From NCBI GenBank assembly GCA_028821115.1, contig JAPPHF010000041.1, positions 1-50,878 of the forward strand: DNA of 50,878 nt, in the 5' to 3' direction. Source of the DNA: Deltaproteobacteria bacterium (GTDB taxonomy: Bacteria > Desulfobacterota > Binatia > UBA9968 > JAJDTQ01). The notes beneath the pieces are model-generated. The model did no database searches, was not told where the DNA came from, and was given only the letters and a program-made list of their open reading frames with translations. The position numbers and the translations under genes are program-made. Of the stretch, positions 1-8,553 are shown piece after piece. Positions within the stretch are counted from its first letter, which is position 1; every line of letters starts with the position of its first letter.

Positions 1-1
1 C

Positions 2-151
2 TCGGGCCGCCAGCTCGACCTCGAGGTCGCGTACTCGCGTCCCTGGGCGGGCGGCAGTGTGCACATGGCGGCGATCGCCTCGCAGGACGCGGGACACGTG
101 GCAGGCGAACGGGAGGTCTCGATCGTCGCGCGCTACATCCGGCGGTTCTAG
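2..151 (+). CDS. C-terminal fragment of a probable outer-membrane beta-barrel/autotransporter-like protein (5' end outside window)
   Basis: Frame +2 is open from the window edge: SGRQLDLEVAYSRPWAGGSVHMAAIASQDAGHVAGEREVSIVARYIRRF*. Alternating hydrophobic residues and a terminal aromatic (Y-x-x-x-F) resemble a final barrel strand. Confidence 0.45.
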   Translation, partial: SGRQLDLEVAYSRPWAGGSVHMAAIASQDAGHVAGEREVSIVARYIRRF

Positions 152-286
152 AGGCGGCCGGCACAGAGGCACGCCAGGACGCGCACAAACTGGAGTGAAT
201 CTGCTTACAGTACGCTTACGGCGAGGATCGAAGCGCTTGGCGATCCATAGCTCATAGCCTTATAAATCCTCATAATATCAACGGTT

Positions 287-2383
287 ATGACTGAGCACCG
301 AGGTCGGTACATGGTCGGCGTGGACGTCGGCGGCACGTTCGTCGACTTCGCCCTCTGCGACGCCACGGGCGGGATGGCTGTCCACAAAGTTCCGGCTGAA
401 CCTACCGATCTAGCCGGGTCTATCATGCGCGGCGTAACGGACTTGGCCGAGCTACACGGTACCGATGCGGGGACTTTCCTCGGACGCGTGGATCTCTTAG
501 TCCACGGCACCACCGTCGCCACCAACGCTGTCCTGACCGGTACCGGCTGCCGTACTGCCTTGCTCACCACCAAGGGTACCAGGGACGCCCTCGAGATGCG
601 TCGGGGTATCAAGGAGGAGCCCCTCGACAACAAGTACGAGGCTCCGGCCCCGCTGGCACCGCGCTACCTGAGGCTGCCTGTCGACGAACGCTTGGATTGG
701 AACGGTGAGGTTGTGTCGGAACTGGACGCCGGTTCGCTGGACGCGGCAATCCATGCCCTGAAAACGCACGAAGTCGAGGCGGTAGCGGTCTGTCTCATGC
801 ACGCTTACGCCAACGACAAGCACGAGCAGGAGGTGGCGGTCCGGCTGCGGGCGGCGCTGCCGGACAACTACCTCACCGTCTCCTCGGAGTTGCTACCGCA
901 GATGGGCTACTATGGCCGGGTGAGCACCACGGTGCTGAACAGCTACGTGGGTCCGTTGCTCAAGTCGTACCTGCTTTCGCTGACGGACCTGCTCACCGAA
1001 GCGGGATTCGCCGGACAACTGCTGATCATGAACTCGGCAGCCGGGCTGATGGTGCCCGCCGAGATCATCCCGCGGGCGGCCGCCGCGCTCCTTTCCGGTC
1101 CGGCGGCGGCGCCGGTGGCGGCGCGGGTCTACGCGGGGGCGGCAGGGACCTCGGACTGTGCGGTCATCGACATGGGAGGCACCAGCCTGGACATTTCCCT
1201 GGCTTCGGGCGGCGAGCCTCGGGAAGTGACCGGCGGACGGGTCGGACGGTACGCCACGGCGCTGCCCATGATCGATATCCGAACCATCGGCGCCGGCGGC
1301 GGCAGCATTGCCTGGATCGACGCGGGCGGGGGGCTTCGGGTAGGCCCGCGGAGCGCCGGGTCCGTGCCGGGACCGGCTTGCTACGACAAGGGCGGGACGC
1401 TGCCCACGTGCACGGACGCGGATCTGCTGCTGGGTTATCTCGATCCCGACTACTTTCTCGGCGGTCGGATGCGGCTCTTTCGTGAGCCGGCGGAGCGGGC
1501 GGTTGGGGAGCACCTGGCGGAGCCCCTCGGAATATCCGTGGAGGAGGCGGCCGTGGCCGCTTTCGAGGTCGTCAACGCCGGCATGGCTGCCGGGATCCGC
1601 GACATGATCGTGGACCATGGACTCGATCCCGAAACCATTCCCATGGTGGTCGGCGGCGGCGCCGGGCCGGTGCATGCGGCCGCGGTGGCCATGGAGTTGG
1701 GGGTACGGGAGGTGATCGTGCCGCGGCAGTCCGGCGTCTTCTGCGCGGTGGGCATGCTCTTTGCCGACCTCAAGCGTGATCTGGTCCGCAGCTATTGCGC
1801 CTCGGGCGAGCAACTGGACCCGGAACGCTGGCGGGCGCTGTTCGCCGCCATGACCGACGAGGGCCGGCGCACGCTGGTGTCGGAGGGCGCCCCTCTGGAT
1901 GAGGTGGAGGTGCGTTACTCCGCGGACCTCCGCTACCTGCGTCAGGTCCACGAGCTCAAGCTGCCGCTGGGTGATGGCCTGGCGGAACGTCTTTGCGTCG
2001 ACGAGTTGCACGCCCGCTTCGATGCTCTCCACGAGCGGCTGTTCGGCTACGCTCTTCCGGAAGAAGTGCTGGAGGTCGTCAACCTGAGGGTCCGGTGCGT
2101 CGCCCACAGGCCGCGGCCGGAGCTTCCAAGGGTGCGGATGATGGGAGCGGCGCCGCCCGCAGCCGACGGCGCGCGGCGGGCCTACAGCCCCGGGGGGATG
2201 TCTTTCCGGCAGTTCCCGGTGTACCGCGGGGAGACCCTGGACGGTGGCTGTCACCTGGAGGGACCGGCTATCGTCGAGCTGCCGCAGACCACGCTTGTGG
2301 TCCCTTCCTCGTTCGCGGTAGCCTTGGACGAGGCGGGTAGTTTCGTCCTTACCCGGCGCGACGGCCCGGGGCGGAGAGGTTAG
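287..2383 (+). CDS. Hydantoinase/oxoprolinase family, ATP-binding (A) subunit
   Basis: Motifs GVDVGGTFVD, HGTTVATNA, LLSGPAAAP, DMGGTSLD, IGAGGGSIAW, GPRSAGSVPGPACY, GPAIVE; 698 aa. Confidence 0.93.
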   Translation: MTEHRGRYMVGVDVGGTFVDFALCDATGGMAVHKVPAEPTDLAGSIMRGVTDLAELHGTDAGTFLGRVDLLVHGTTVATNAVLTGTGCRTALLTTKGTRDALEMRRGIKEEPLDNKYEAPAPLAPRYLRLPVDERLDWNGEVVSELDAGSLDAAIHALKTHEVEAVAVCLMHAYANDKHEQEVAVRLRAALPDNYLTVSSELLPQMGYYGRVSTTVLNSYVGPLLKSYLLSLTDLLTEAGFAGQLLIMNSAAGLMVPAEIIPRAAAALLSGPAAAPVAARVYAGAAGTSDCAVIDMGGTSLDISLASGGEPREVTGGRVGRYATALPMIDIRTIGAGGGSIAWIDAGGGLRVGPRSAGSVPGPACYDKGGTLPTCTDADLLLGYLDPDYFLGGRMRLFREPAERAVGEHLAEPLGISVEEAAVAAFEVVNAGMAAGIRDMIVDHGLDPETIPMVVGGGAGPVHAAAVAMELGVREVIVPRQSGVFCAVGMLFADLKRDLVRSYCASGEQLDPERWRALFAAMTDEGRRTLVSEGAPLDEVEVRYSADLRYLRQVHELKLPLGDGLAERLCVDELHARFDALHERLFGYALPEEVLEVVNLRVRCVAHRPRPELPRVRMMGAAPPAADGARRAYSPGGMSFRQFPVYRGETLDGGCHLEGPAIVELPQTTLVVPSSFAVALDEAGSFVLTRRDGPGRRG

Positions 2384-2411
2384 TCAGCCTGTCGCAAAGA
2401 AGCCATTCGTC

Positions 2412-4160
2412 ATGACTCTCGAGCTCAACCAATCGGCGCGCACGGTGGTGTTCCAGCGGCGGGTCAAGTCCCTCACCCACGAGATGGCCCAGGCGCTGTA
2501 CCGGAGCAGCCGCTCGCCGCTGATCAACAACGGCGATTTCGCGCTGGGATTCCTCGATGCACGGGGCCGGATGCTGGAGCAGGACGAGCACCTGCCGCTG
2601 ATGGCCTTTTCGTTGTATCCGGGCTGCGGCTACCTGATGGACTTCTTCGAAGGCGACATCCACGACGGGGACGTCTTCATCCACAACGACGTCTGGTGCG
2701 CCAACCTGCAGCACGCGGACGTCGGGTTCTACAAGCCAGTGTTCGCGGGCGGCGAACTGGTGGCGTGGACCGCCTGCCGGGGCCACTGGGCGGACATCGG
2801 CGGCGCGGTCAAGGGGACATGCAATCCCGAGGCGGTGGAAGTCCACCAGGAAGCGTTGCGGATCCCGCCGGTCAAGCTGTGGGAGAAGGGGCGGCTCCGG
2901 CGCGACGTGTGGGAGCTGATCTTCGCCAATGTGCGGCTGCGGGAGATCGTCGAGGCGGACGCCCAGGCGCAGCTGGGGAGTTGCGCCGTGGGGGAGAGGC
3001 GGCTGCGCGTTTTGATGGAAACGGAGGGCGCCGAAGCCTTTGCTGCCAACATCGAGCGCCTCTACGACATGACCGAGCGGCGGGTGCGGGCCGAAATCGC
3101 GGCGCTGCCCGACGGCGAGTATTTCGGCGAGAGCACCATCTACCAGGATGAGCCGGGCAACCCCTCGACCTCCCGGATTGCCGTCAAAGTGGTGATCCGT
3201 GGGGACAGCATCGCCTTCGACTTCACGGGCACGGACCCCCAGACCCCGACCTTCACCAACGCTTCCCTGACCTCCACCACGGCGGCGACCCTCACCACGC
3301 TGCTCTACCTGCTGAGCCCCGAGGTGCTCCACAACCACGGCCTGGTACGCTCCGTGGACATCCACGCGCCCGAGGGATCGATCCTGAACGCCTGCTATCC
3401 CGCGGCCACGTTCATGGGCAACAAGCTGTGTCAGCACACGGGCGAGGCCATCATGCTGGCGCTGCGGGAGGCGCTGCCGGATCGGGTCACCGCCCCCTGG
3501 GGTCGGCGCCTCTCCTACCGCATGACCGGCAAGGACCCGCGCAACGGGCGGGGCTTTCACGACATCTTCTTCCTCACCTACGAGGGCGGCGGCGCCACCC
3601 ACGGGGTCGACGGCTACAACCAGCCCGGACTCATGGGCGGCGGCAACGTACTGGCGCAGGACTACGAGACCTTCGAGGTGCAGAATCCGGTGCAACTCAT
3701 CGAGCATGAGTACGTCACCGACTCGGCCGGGCCGGGCCGCTGGCGCGGCGGCCTGGGGACCCGCACCCGGGTGCGCTACTACGGCGAGGAGACCGGCGGC
3801 TCCACTCACGGCGACGGCACCATGGAGCCGTCGCCGGGGGTGCTGGGAGGCGGAGCGGGCACGCTGAACAGCGTGGAGTTCCAGTTCCCGGGCGGCGCCC
3901 GCCGAAACGCCCACGCCATGGAAATCATCCCGGACATCCCGCCGGGTACGGTCTCGGTTCACCACGGCGGGGGCGGAGGCGGCTACGGACCGCCGGAGGA
4001 ACGCGACCTCGAGCGGGTGGACGAGGACCTGCGCAACGGGTTCATCTCCGCGAAGGCGGCCGTCGAGGTCTACGGCGCGGTGCTGACTCCGGACGGCTCC
4101 GCGGTGGATTTCGAGGCTTCGCGGAAGCGGCGAAAAGCCCCTACTTCCCGGTCTTCGTGA
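2412..4160 (+). CDS. Hydantoinase B/oxoprolinase family subunit
   Basis: Motifs SPLINNGDF, GHWADIGG, EVHQEALRIPPVKL, GPGRWRGGLG, GGGGGYGPP; 28 nt downstream of the A subunit. Confidence 0.93.
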   Translation: MTLELNQSARTVVFQRRVKSLTHEMAQALYRSSRSPLINNGDFALGFLDARGRMLEQDEHLPLMAFSLYPGCGYLMDFFEGDIHDGDVFIHNDVWCANLQHADVGFYKPVFAGGELVAWTACRGHWADIGGAVKGTCNPEAVEVHQEALRIPPVKLWEKGRLRRDVWELIFANVRLREIVEADAQAQLGSCAVGERRLRVLMETEGAEAFAANIERLYDMTERRVRAEIAALPDGEYFGESTIYQDEPGNPSTSRIAVKVVIRGDSIAFDFTGTDPQTPTFTNASLTSTTAATLTTLLYLLSPEVLHNHGLVRSVDIHAPEGSILNACYPAATFMGNKLCQHTGEAIMLALREALPDRVTAPWGRRLSYRMTGKDPRNGRGFHDIFFLTYEGGGATHGVDGYNQPGLMGGGNVLAQDYETFEVQNPVQLIEHEYVTDSAGPGRWRGGLGTRTRVRYYGEETGGSTHGDGTMEPSPGVLGGGAGTLNSVEFQFPGGARRNAHAMEIIPDIPPGTVSVHHGGGGGGYGPPEERDLERVDEDLRNGFISAKAAVEVYGAVLTPDGSAVDFEASRKRRKAPTSRSS

Positions 4161-4965
4161 ACGAGCTCACCCCCGGCCGGTATTCCTTGGCCAGGAACTT
4201 CTCGATGCCCTCGCCGCCGCGGCCGGTCTGCTGGTGTCGCCAGCGGAGCTCGTTGCTCTTGCTCATGAGGAACCAGTAGGCTTGGTCGTAGGACATGTCC
4301 ACGACCTGCTTGAACGCTTCCTTGGTGGCCCGCACGGCTGCCTCGTCCAGCGACGCCAAGTGCTCCGCCAGCGCCATGACCTCTTCCCGGAGGCGCGCGG
4401 CCGGCACGGACTCGTTGACCAGCCGCACCTCGGCGGCGCGCCGTCCGTCGAAGGTCTTGCCGGTCATGGCGTAGTAGAGGGCGTCGCGGTAGGGCATCAG
4501 GGTGGCGACGACCTTGGATACCAGCCCGGCGGGCAGGTTGCCCCAGTTGACCTCGCTCAGCCCGAACACCGCGTCGTCCGACGCCAGGGCGAAATCGCAG
4601 GAGGCGACGATGGTGAACGCGCCGCCGAAACAGTGGCCGTTGACCATGGCGATGGTGGGCTTGGGAAACATCCGCAGCATGCGGTCGCACCATTCGTTGG
4701 CGATGCGCCGGTTGATGTGGCGCTCGGCGTCCACGTCGTCGACCTCGTGGAAGTATTCCTTGAGGTCCATGCCCGAACAGAATGCTGGCGGCGCGCCGGT
4801 GACCACCAGCACCCGCGTCTTCGGGTCCCGCTCTACCTCGGTCAGGACCTCGTTCATCTCCCGGTGCATCAACGGGTTCATGGCGTTGCGCTTTTCCGGG
4901 CGGTTCAGCACCACGGTGGTCACCGCGCCTTCCTTCTCGATGGCGACGGTCCGGTAGTTCGACAT
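4141..4965 (-). CDS. p-Hydroxycinnamoyl/feruloyl-CoA hydratase-lyase (crotonase superfamily)
   Basis: LNRPEKRNAM, GMDLKEYF, KPTIAMVNGHCFGG, FGLSEVNWG, LYYAMTGKTF and KEYRPG match the HCHL subfamily. Start placed at ATG 4965 behind an AAGGAG RBS. Overlaps the 3' end of the hydantoinase B gene by 20 nt. Confidence 0.85.
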   Translation of the reverse strand: MSNYRTVAIEKEGAVTTVVLNRPEKRNAMNPLMHREMNEVLTEVERDPKTRVLVVTGAPPAFCSGMDLKEYFHEVDDVDAERHINRRIANEWCDRMLRMFPKPTIAMVNGHCFGGAFTIVASCDFALASDDAVFGLSEVNWGNLPAGLVSKVVATLMPYRDALYYAMTGKTFDGRRAAEVRLVNESVPAARLREEVMALAEHLASLDEAAVRATKEAFKQVVDMSYDQAYWFLMSKSNELRWRHQQTGRGGEGIEKFLAKEYRPGVSSFTKTGK

Positions 4966-5143
4966 GGCGGCTCCTTTTGCGGCCTGAGTTTCGCTCTCCA
5001 TGATTCGGGATTCGGACCGGTCCCGTCAACCCGGCAGCCGGCAAGGGGGTACCGGAACGCGACCTCAACCAACGCCTAGCATCCTTGAAGGCCATGTCGG
5101 GACCATGATAGATGTTCGTGATCATTTCGTTGAGGCCTCTGAA

Positions 5144-6616
5144 ATGCATGAACGGAATCACCTGAGACGTGCCCTCGTCGGGGTCGTGGCCGCGCTGCTG
5201 TTGAACGGCTGTACCGGCCCCACGGGGGGACAACCGAGGTTCCCCAAGCTGGGCGACCTCACCGGCGCGGTGACGGAGATGTTCGAGTCCGACCCGCGCT
5301 CCAAGTCGACCCCGACGGCCGCGGCGTTGTACAAGGACGGCATCGACTATTTCGAAAGGGGGCGCTACGCGCGCTCGATATCGTTCTTTCAGAAGCTCCG
5401 GGACGAGTATCCGTTCAGCGAGGAAGCCGAGGCCGCCGAGTTGAAGATCGCCGAGGCCTATTACCGGAACGAGGAGTACGTCCAGGCGGACGAAACCTAC
5501 AAGAACTACCTGACTTTTCAGCCCACGGGCCGGCATCTACCCTACGTCAAGTACCAACTCGGACGCGTCAACCTGGCCCAGTTCACCGGTGTCGACCGGG
5601 ACCTGGAGAAGGTCCGGCAGGCAAGAGGGTACTTCGAATCCGTGATCAAGGATCATCCGGAGTCGGAGCACGCCGCAGACGCGCGCAAGCAGTTGGCCGA
5701 GACACGGGTTCACCTGGCGGAGCGGGAGCTCTACGTCGGCAACTACTACGTGAAGGAGGAGCGGTATCCCGCGGCGCGCGAGCGCTTCGAGACCGTTCTG
5801 CGCGAATACGGCAACACGCCGACGGCGCCCAAGGCGCAAGCCGCGCTGGCGGCGATGCCGGCGGAGGCGAAGGACGCCGCGGCGAAACCGGCGCCCGCGG
5901 ATCCGCCGCCCAAGGCGCCGGCCGCGGAGAGCGCCGCGACGGAACCGCCCCGGCTCATCACCAAGCCGGGCTACGAGTACGAAGACCCGTCGCGCAAGAC
6001 CTGGTACGGCCACCTGAACCCGTTCTCCTGGGGCGACCGGGGGGAAGAGGAGCGGGAGGAGCGGAAGGTGGCCTCCGCACCGGCGGCGGCTGGCGATGAG
6101 ACGAACGCGCCGGTCGAGGAAACCGCGCCGCCGGAGCAGAAAAAGAGCTGGTTCAGCTACCTCAACCCGGCCTCGTGGTTCGAAGGGGAAGTGGAGAAAC
6201 CCGCGACGCGACCGGCAAAGCCGACGGCGACCGAAACGGCGACCGCCAAGGCGGTGGTGGAAGGCGTCGACAAGACGTTGGGGACAGGGGAGCCTCCCAA
6301 GGGAGGCGCGCCCAAGCCTCCGGTGAGCGCTCTTCCGCCGGAGGAGAAAGAAACGGGGCCCGCCCCCGATGATCCCGCCAAGGTCATCGGCGATATCGAT
6401 ACGCGGCTGGGCGGCGAGAAGGCGTCCGCGAGTCCTCCGAAGGCGCCGGCCGCCGATCCCGCGCTCTTCTCCGTCAAGAAGCCCAAGCCCGCCGCCAAGG
6501 AAGCCGCCGCCAGCGACGAAGCGGGTTCCGGCCTGCTGCGGGGAATCGACCGGCAGCTCGGGAAAGAAGGGATCGATACCTCCCGCGATCTTCCGCCTCC
6601 GCCGGCGTCGCCGTAG
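5144..6616 (+). CDS. bamD: Outer membrane protein assembly lipoprotein BamD with a long low-complexity C-terminal extension
   Basis: Lipobox ALLLNGC; TPR motifs LYKDGIDYFERGRY, YPFSEEAEAAELKIAEAYY, LAERELYVGNYY. Start inferred from GAGG RBS; about 245 extra P/A/K/E-rich residues follow the BamD domain. Confidence 0.85.
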   Translation: MHERNHLRRALVGVVAALLLNGCTGPTGGQPRFPKLGDLTGAVTEMFESDPRSKSTPTAAALYKDGIDYFERGRYARSISFFQKLRDEYPFSEEAEAAELKIAEAYYRNEEYVQADETYKNYLTFQPTGRHLPYVKYQLGRVNLAQFTGVDRDLEKVRQARGYFESVIKDHPESEHAADARKQLAETRVHLAERELYVGNYYVKEERYPAARERFETVLREYGNTPTAPKAQAALAAMPAEAKDAAAKPAPADPPPKAPAAESAATEPPRLITKPGYEYEDPSRKTWYGHLNPFSWGDRGEEEREERKVASAPAAAGDETNAPVEETAPPEQKKSWFSYLNPASWFEGEVEKPATRPAKPTATETATAKAVVEGVDKTLGTGEPPKGGAPKPPVSALPPEEKETGPAPDDPAKVIGDIDTRLGGEKASASPPKAPAADPALFSVKKPKPAAKEAAASDEAGSGLLRGIDRQLGKEGIDTSRDLPPPPASP

Positions 6617-6636
6617 GCACTTGTCCGAGTAAGGAA

Positions 6637-6760
6637 CGGCGTCCTTCGACTTCGCTTCGCTCAGGACGACCAGAACCTTTGTGTTCCGTCGTAGCAACTC
6701 CACCAGTCCACAAGGTTCCAAAACCGTTCGTCCTGAGCGAAGCGAAGTCGAAGGACGCCG
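6637..6760. repeat. REP/REPIN-like element: perfect 33-bp inverted repeat with a 58-bp spacer
   Basis: cggcgtccttcgacttcgcttcgctcaggacga (6637-6669) is the exact reverse complement of 6728-6760. Each arm has GTCCT...AGGAC self-pairing ends. Lies between convergent bamD and TolC genes. Confidence 0.85.
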
Positions 6761-6801
6761 TCTACGCCCCGGTGCGCGCGGCGGTCCGGGCGGCCGCTGG
6801 A

Positions 6802-8091
6802 CTACGGGCTGAACTCCGAACCCCGGCCCATCGCCCGGGCCAGCCGCGCCTCCGCCACCTTGTGGTCGTAGATGGACCGTATGTGGTCCGTCTGGGCCCT
6901 GGTGTTGATGACCTGGGCTTCGGTGATCTCGATGATCGAGCCCACCCCCACCTGGTAACGGCCGTTGGCCAGATCGAGGTTTTCCTTGGCCGACTTCGTT
7001 TGCGCCTCGTTGGCTCTGATCCGCTCCCCCGCCTCCACGAGATTCAGAAAAGCCTCCTCCACCTCCAGCGCGATGCGTTGCTGCTGCTCTTCCAGTTGCG
7101 CCTTGATGACCGCGTGGTCGCGGACGGCTCTTTCGATCTCGGGCTTGAGGGTAAAGCCCGGGAACAGGGGGACTTCCAGGGTCAGCGTCGAGCTGATGAT
7201 GTCCTGGTCGTTGTGCAGGCGCCGGCCGTATTGTCCGTTGAAGCGGAGCCTCGGCATGCGGCCGCGCTTGACCACGTCGATGGCCTCCTGCTGGGCCTTG
7301 AGGCGGGACTGGAACTCCATCAGCTCCGTGCGCGATTCGAAGGCGGCCTTGACCGCGTCCTCCAGCGACAGGGCGGACGGCCGGACGTTGACGTCGGAAG
7401 CCACTCGACGCTCCGGGAACCGGCTCACGCCCATGGCGCTTTTGAGCCGCGCCCAGGCGATCCTGACGCCGTTCTGTGCCGCGATGAGTCCCGCCTTGGC
7501 CGCGAAGAGGCTTGCCTCGGCGCGGGCGACGTCGATCTTGGGGCGCGTGCCCACATCGAAGAACCCCTGGGCCTGGCGCACCAGGGTTTCGCGGTCCTTG
7601 ACCGTATCCTGCTCCACCCGCACCAGCGCCTCGGCCCGGAGGTAGTTGAAGAAGGCCCGCCGCACCGCGATCACCACGTCCTCCGCCGACGTCTTCTCCA
7701 GGAAACGCCGGGCTTCCAGCGTGCCCTCTTCCCGACGGATGTTGCCCTCGCGGCGGCCGAAGTCGCTCACCAGCCATTGCACCTGGCCGCTGGTACTGAA
7801 GAGGTTCTTGTCCGCGTTGGGGTTCTCCGTAACCGGCTTGTTCTCGTATGAGCCGCGGACCCCGGCGGTAGGATACCAGGCGGCCTTGGTCCTCGTCACC
7901 ACGGCCTCCTGCACCTTGACCCGTTCCTTGGCGGCGCGGATTCCCGGATGATTCTCCAGGGCGATGCGCTCGGCCTGCTGCAGCGTCAGCATTTCAGGGT
8001 CCGACTGTTGAGCAACGGCGGATTGGAACATCCCGAGCAACACGAATGCCCCGATCCCCAATACCGCGGCCCCATTCTTGCGGTATCGCAT
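6802..8091 (-). CDS. TolC family outer membrane efflux protein
   Basis: Signal peptide; LTLQQAERIALENHP, two OEP repeats, ENLDLANGRYQVGVGSIIEITEAQ. Start at ATG 8091 behind AGGAGG. Confidence 0.92.
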   Translation of the reverse strand: MRYRKNGAAVLGIGAFVLLGMFQSAVAQQSDPEMLTLQQAERIALENHPGIRAAKERVKVQEAVVTRTKAAWYPTAGVRGSYENKPVTENPNADKNLFSTSGQVQWLVSDFGRREGNIRREEGTLEARRFLEKTSAEDVVIAVRRAFFNYLRAEALVRVEQDTVKDRETLVRQAQGFFDVGTRPKIDVARAEASLFAAKAGLIAAQNGVRIAWARLKSAMGVSRFPERRVASDVNVRPSALSLEDAVKAAFESRTELMEFQSRLKAQQEAIDVVKRGRMPRLRFNGQYGRRLHNDQDIISSTLTLEVPLFPGFTLKPEIERAVRDHAVIKAQLEEQQQRIALEVEEAFLNLVEAGERIRANEAQTKSAKENLDLANGRYQVGVGSIIEITEAQVINTRAQTDHIRSIYDHKVAEARLARAMGRGSEFSP

Positions 8092-8130
8092 AACGACCTC
8101 CTTGTGACGCGTATCCTCGCGCATGTGTTC

Positions 8131-8316
8131 CTAGTGTGGTGTCTGGTTAATTCGCAGCATAATCTGCGGGTCTTTTTCGCCGTCGGCTGCGTTGCTCTTC
8201 CTCGCGTGGTGCCCGCCCTGGGGCGACCTACGGTCGCCCCCACTCGTCATCGCGCCTTGCCGACGACAAAAAATCCTCCGCATATTACGCTGCGAATTAA
8301 CCAGACACCATACTAG
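8131..8316. mobile_element. 186-bp CTAG-bounded MITE/REPIN-like palindromic element, copy 1
   Basis: Begins and ends with CTAG; arms tggtgtctggttaattcgcagc / gctgcgaattaaccagacacca; internal hairpin ggggcgacctacggtcgcccc; inverted homolog at 11383-11568; non-coding. Confidence 0.85.
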
Positions 8317-8431
8317 CCTTTGCTTGCAAACCGGTTCTATATCAGCGCCCACCCGTTCAACAAGGGGAAACGCGTGTTTGGAAACCCTCCCGGTGGCGCG
8401 CTTGAATGCTTCCGGCCGGAGGGAATAAAGT

Positions 8432-8520
8432 GCAAACACATAGAGCAAAACACACAGCAAAACACATGCCACGGCGCGCTCCGATTCCTTGCGGCGGTCG
8501 CGCGGCGCCCCGTGGCATGT
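8432..8520. promoter_or_regulatory. Candidate operator/leader: three GCAAA(A)CACA direct repeats followed by an 11-bp perfect inverted repeat
   Basis: gcaaacaca 8432-8440, gcaaaacaca 8445-8454 and 8457-8466; acatgccacgg 8464-8474 pairs with ccgtggcatgt 8510-8520. Located in the divergent TolC/SDR intergenic region. Confidence 0.4.
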
Positions 8521-8553
8521 CTATTGGATTCATTAGACGATCGGGAGTTCTCC

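Noticed and set aside
5000-5143. N-terminal extension of BamD in the ORF track
   Set aside because: It would bury the lipoprotein signal peptide; ATG 5144 has an RBS.
7948-8472. ORFs crossing repeat copy 1 (7948-8316, 7986-8243, 8131-8472, 8192-8428) and copy 2 (11368-11568, 11456-11812)
   Set aside because: They are translations of the palindromic element; the same peptides recur at both copies and there are no coding features.
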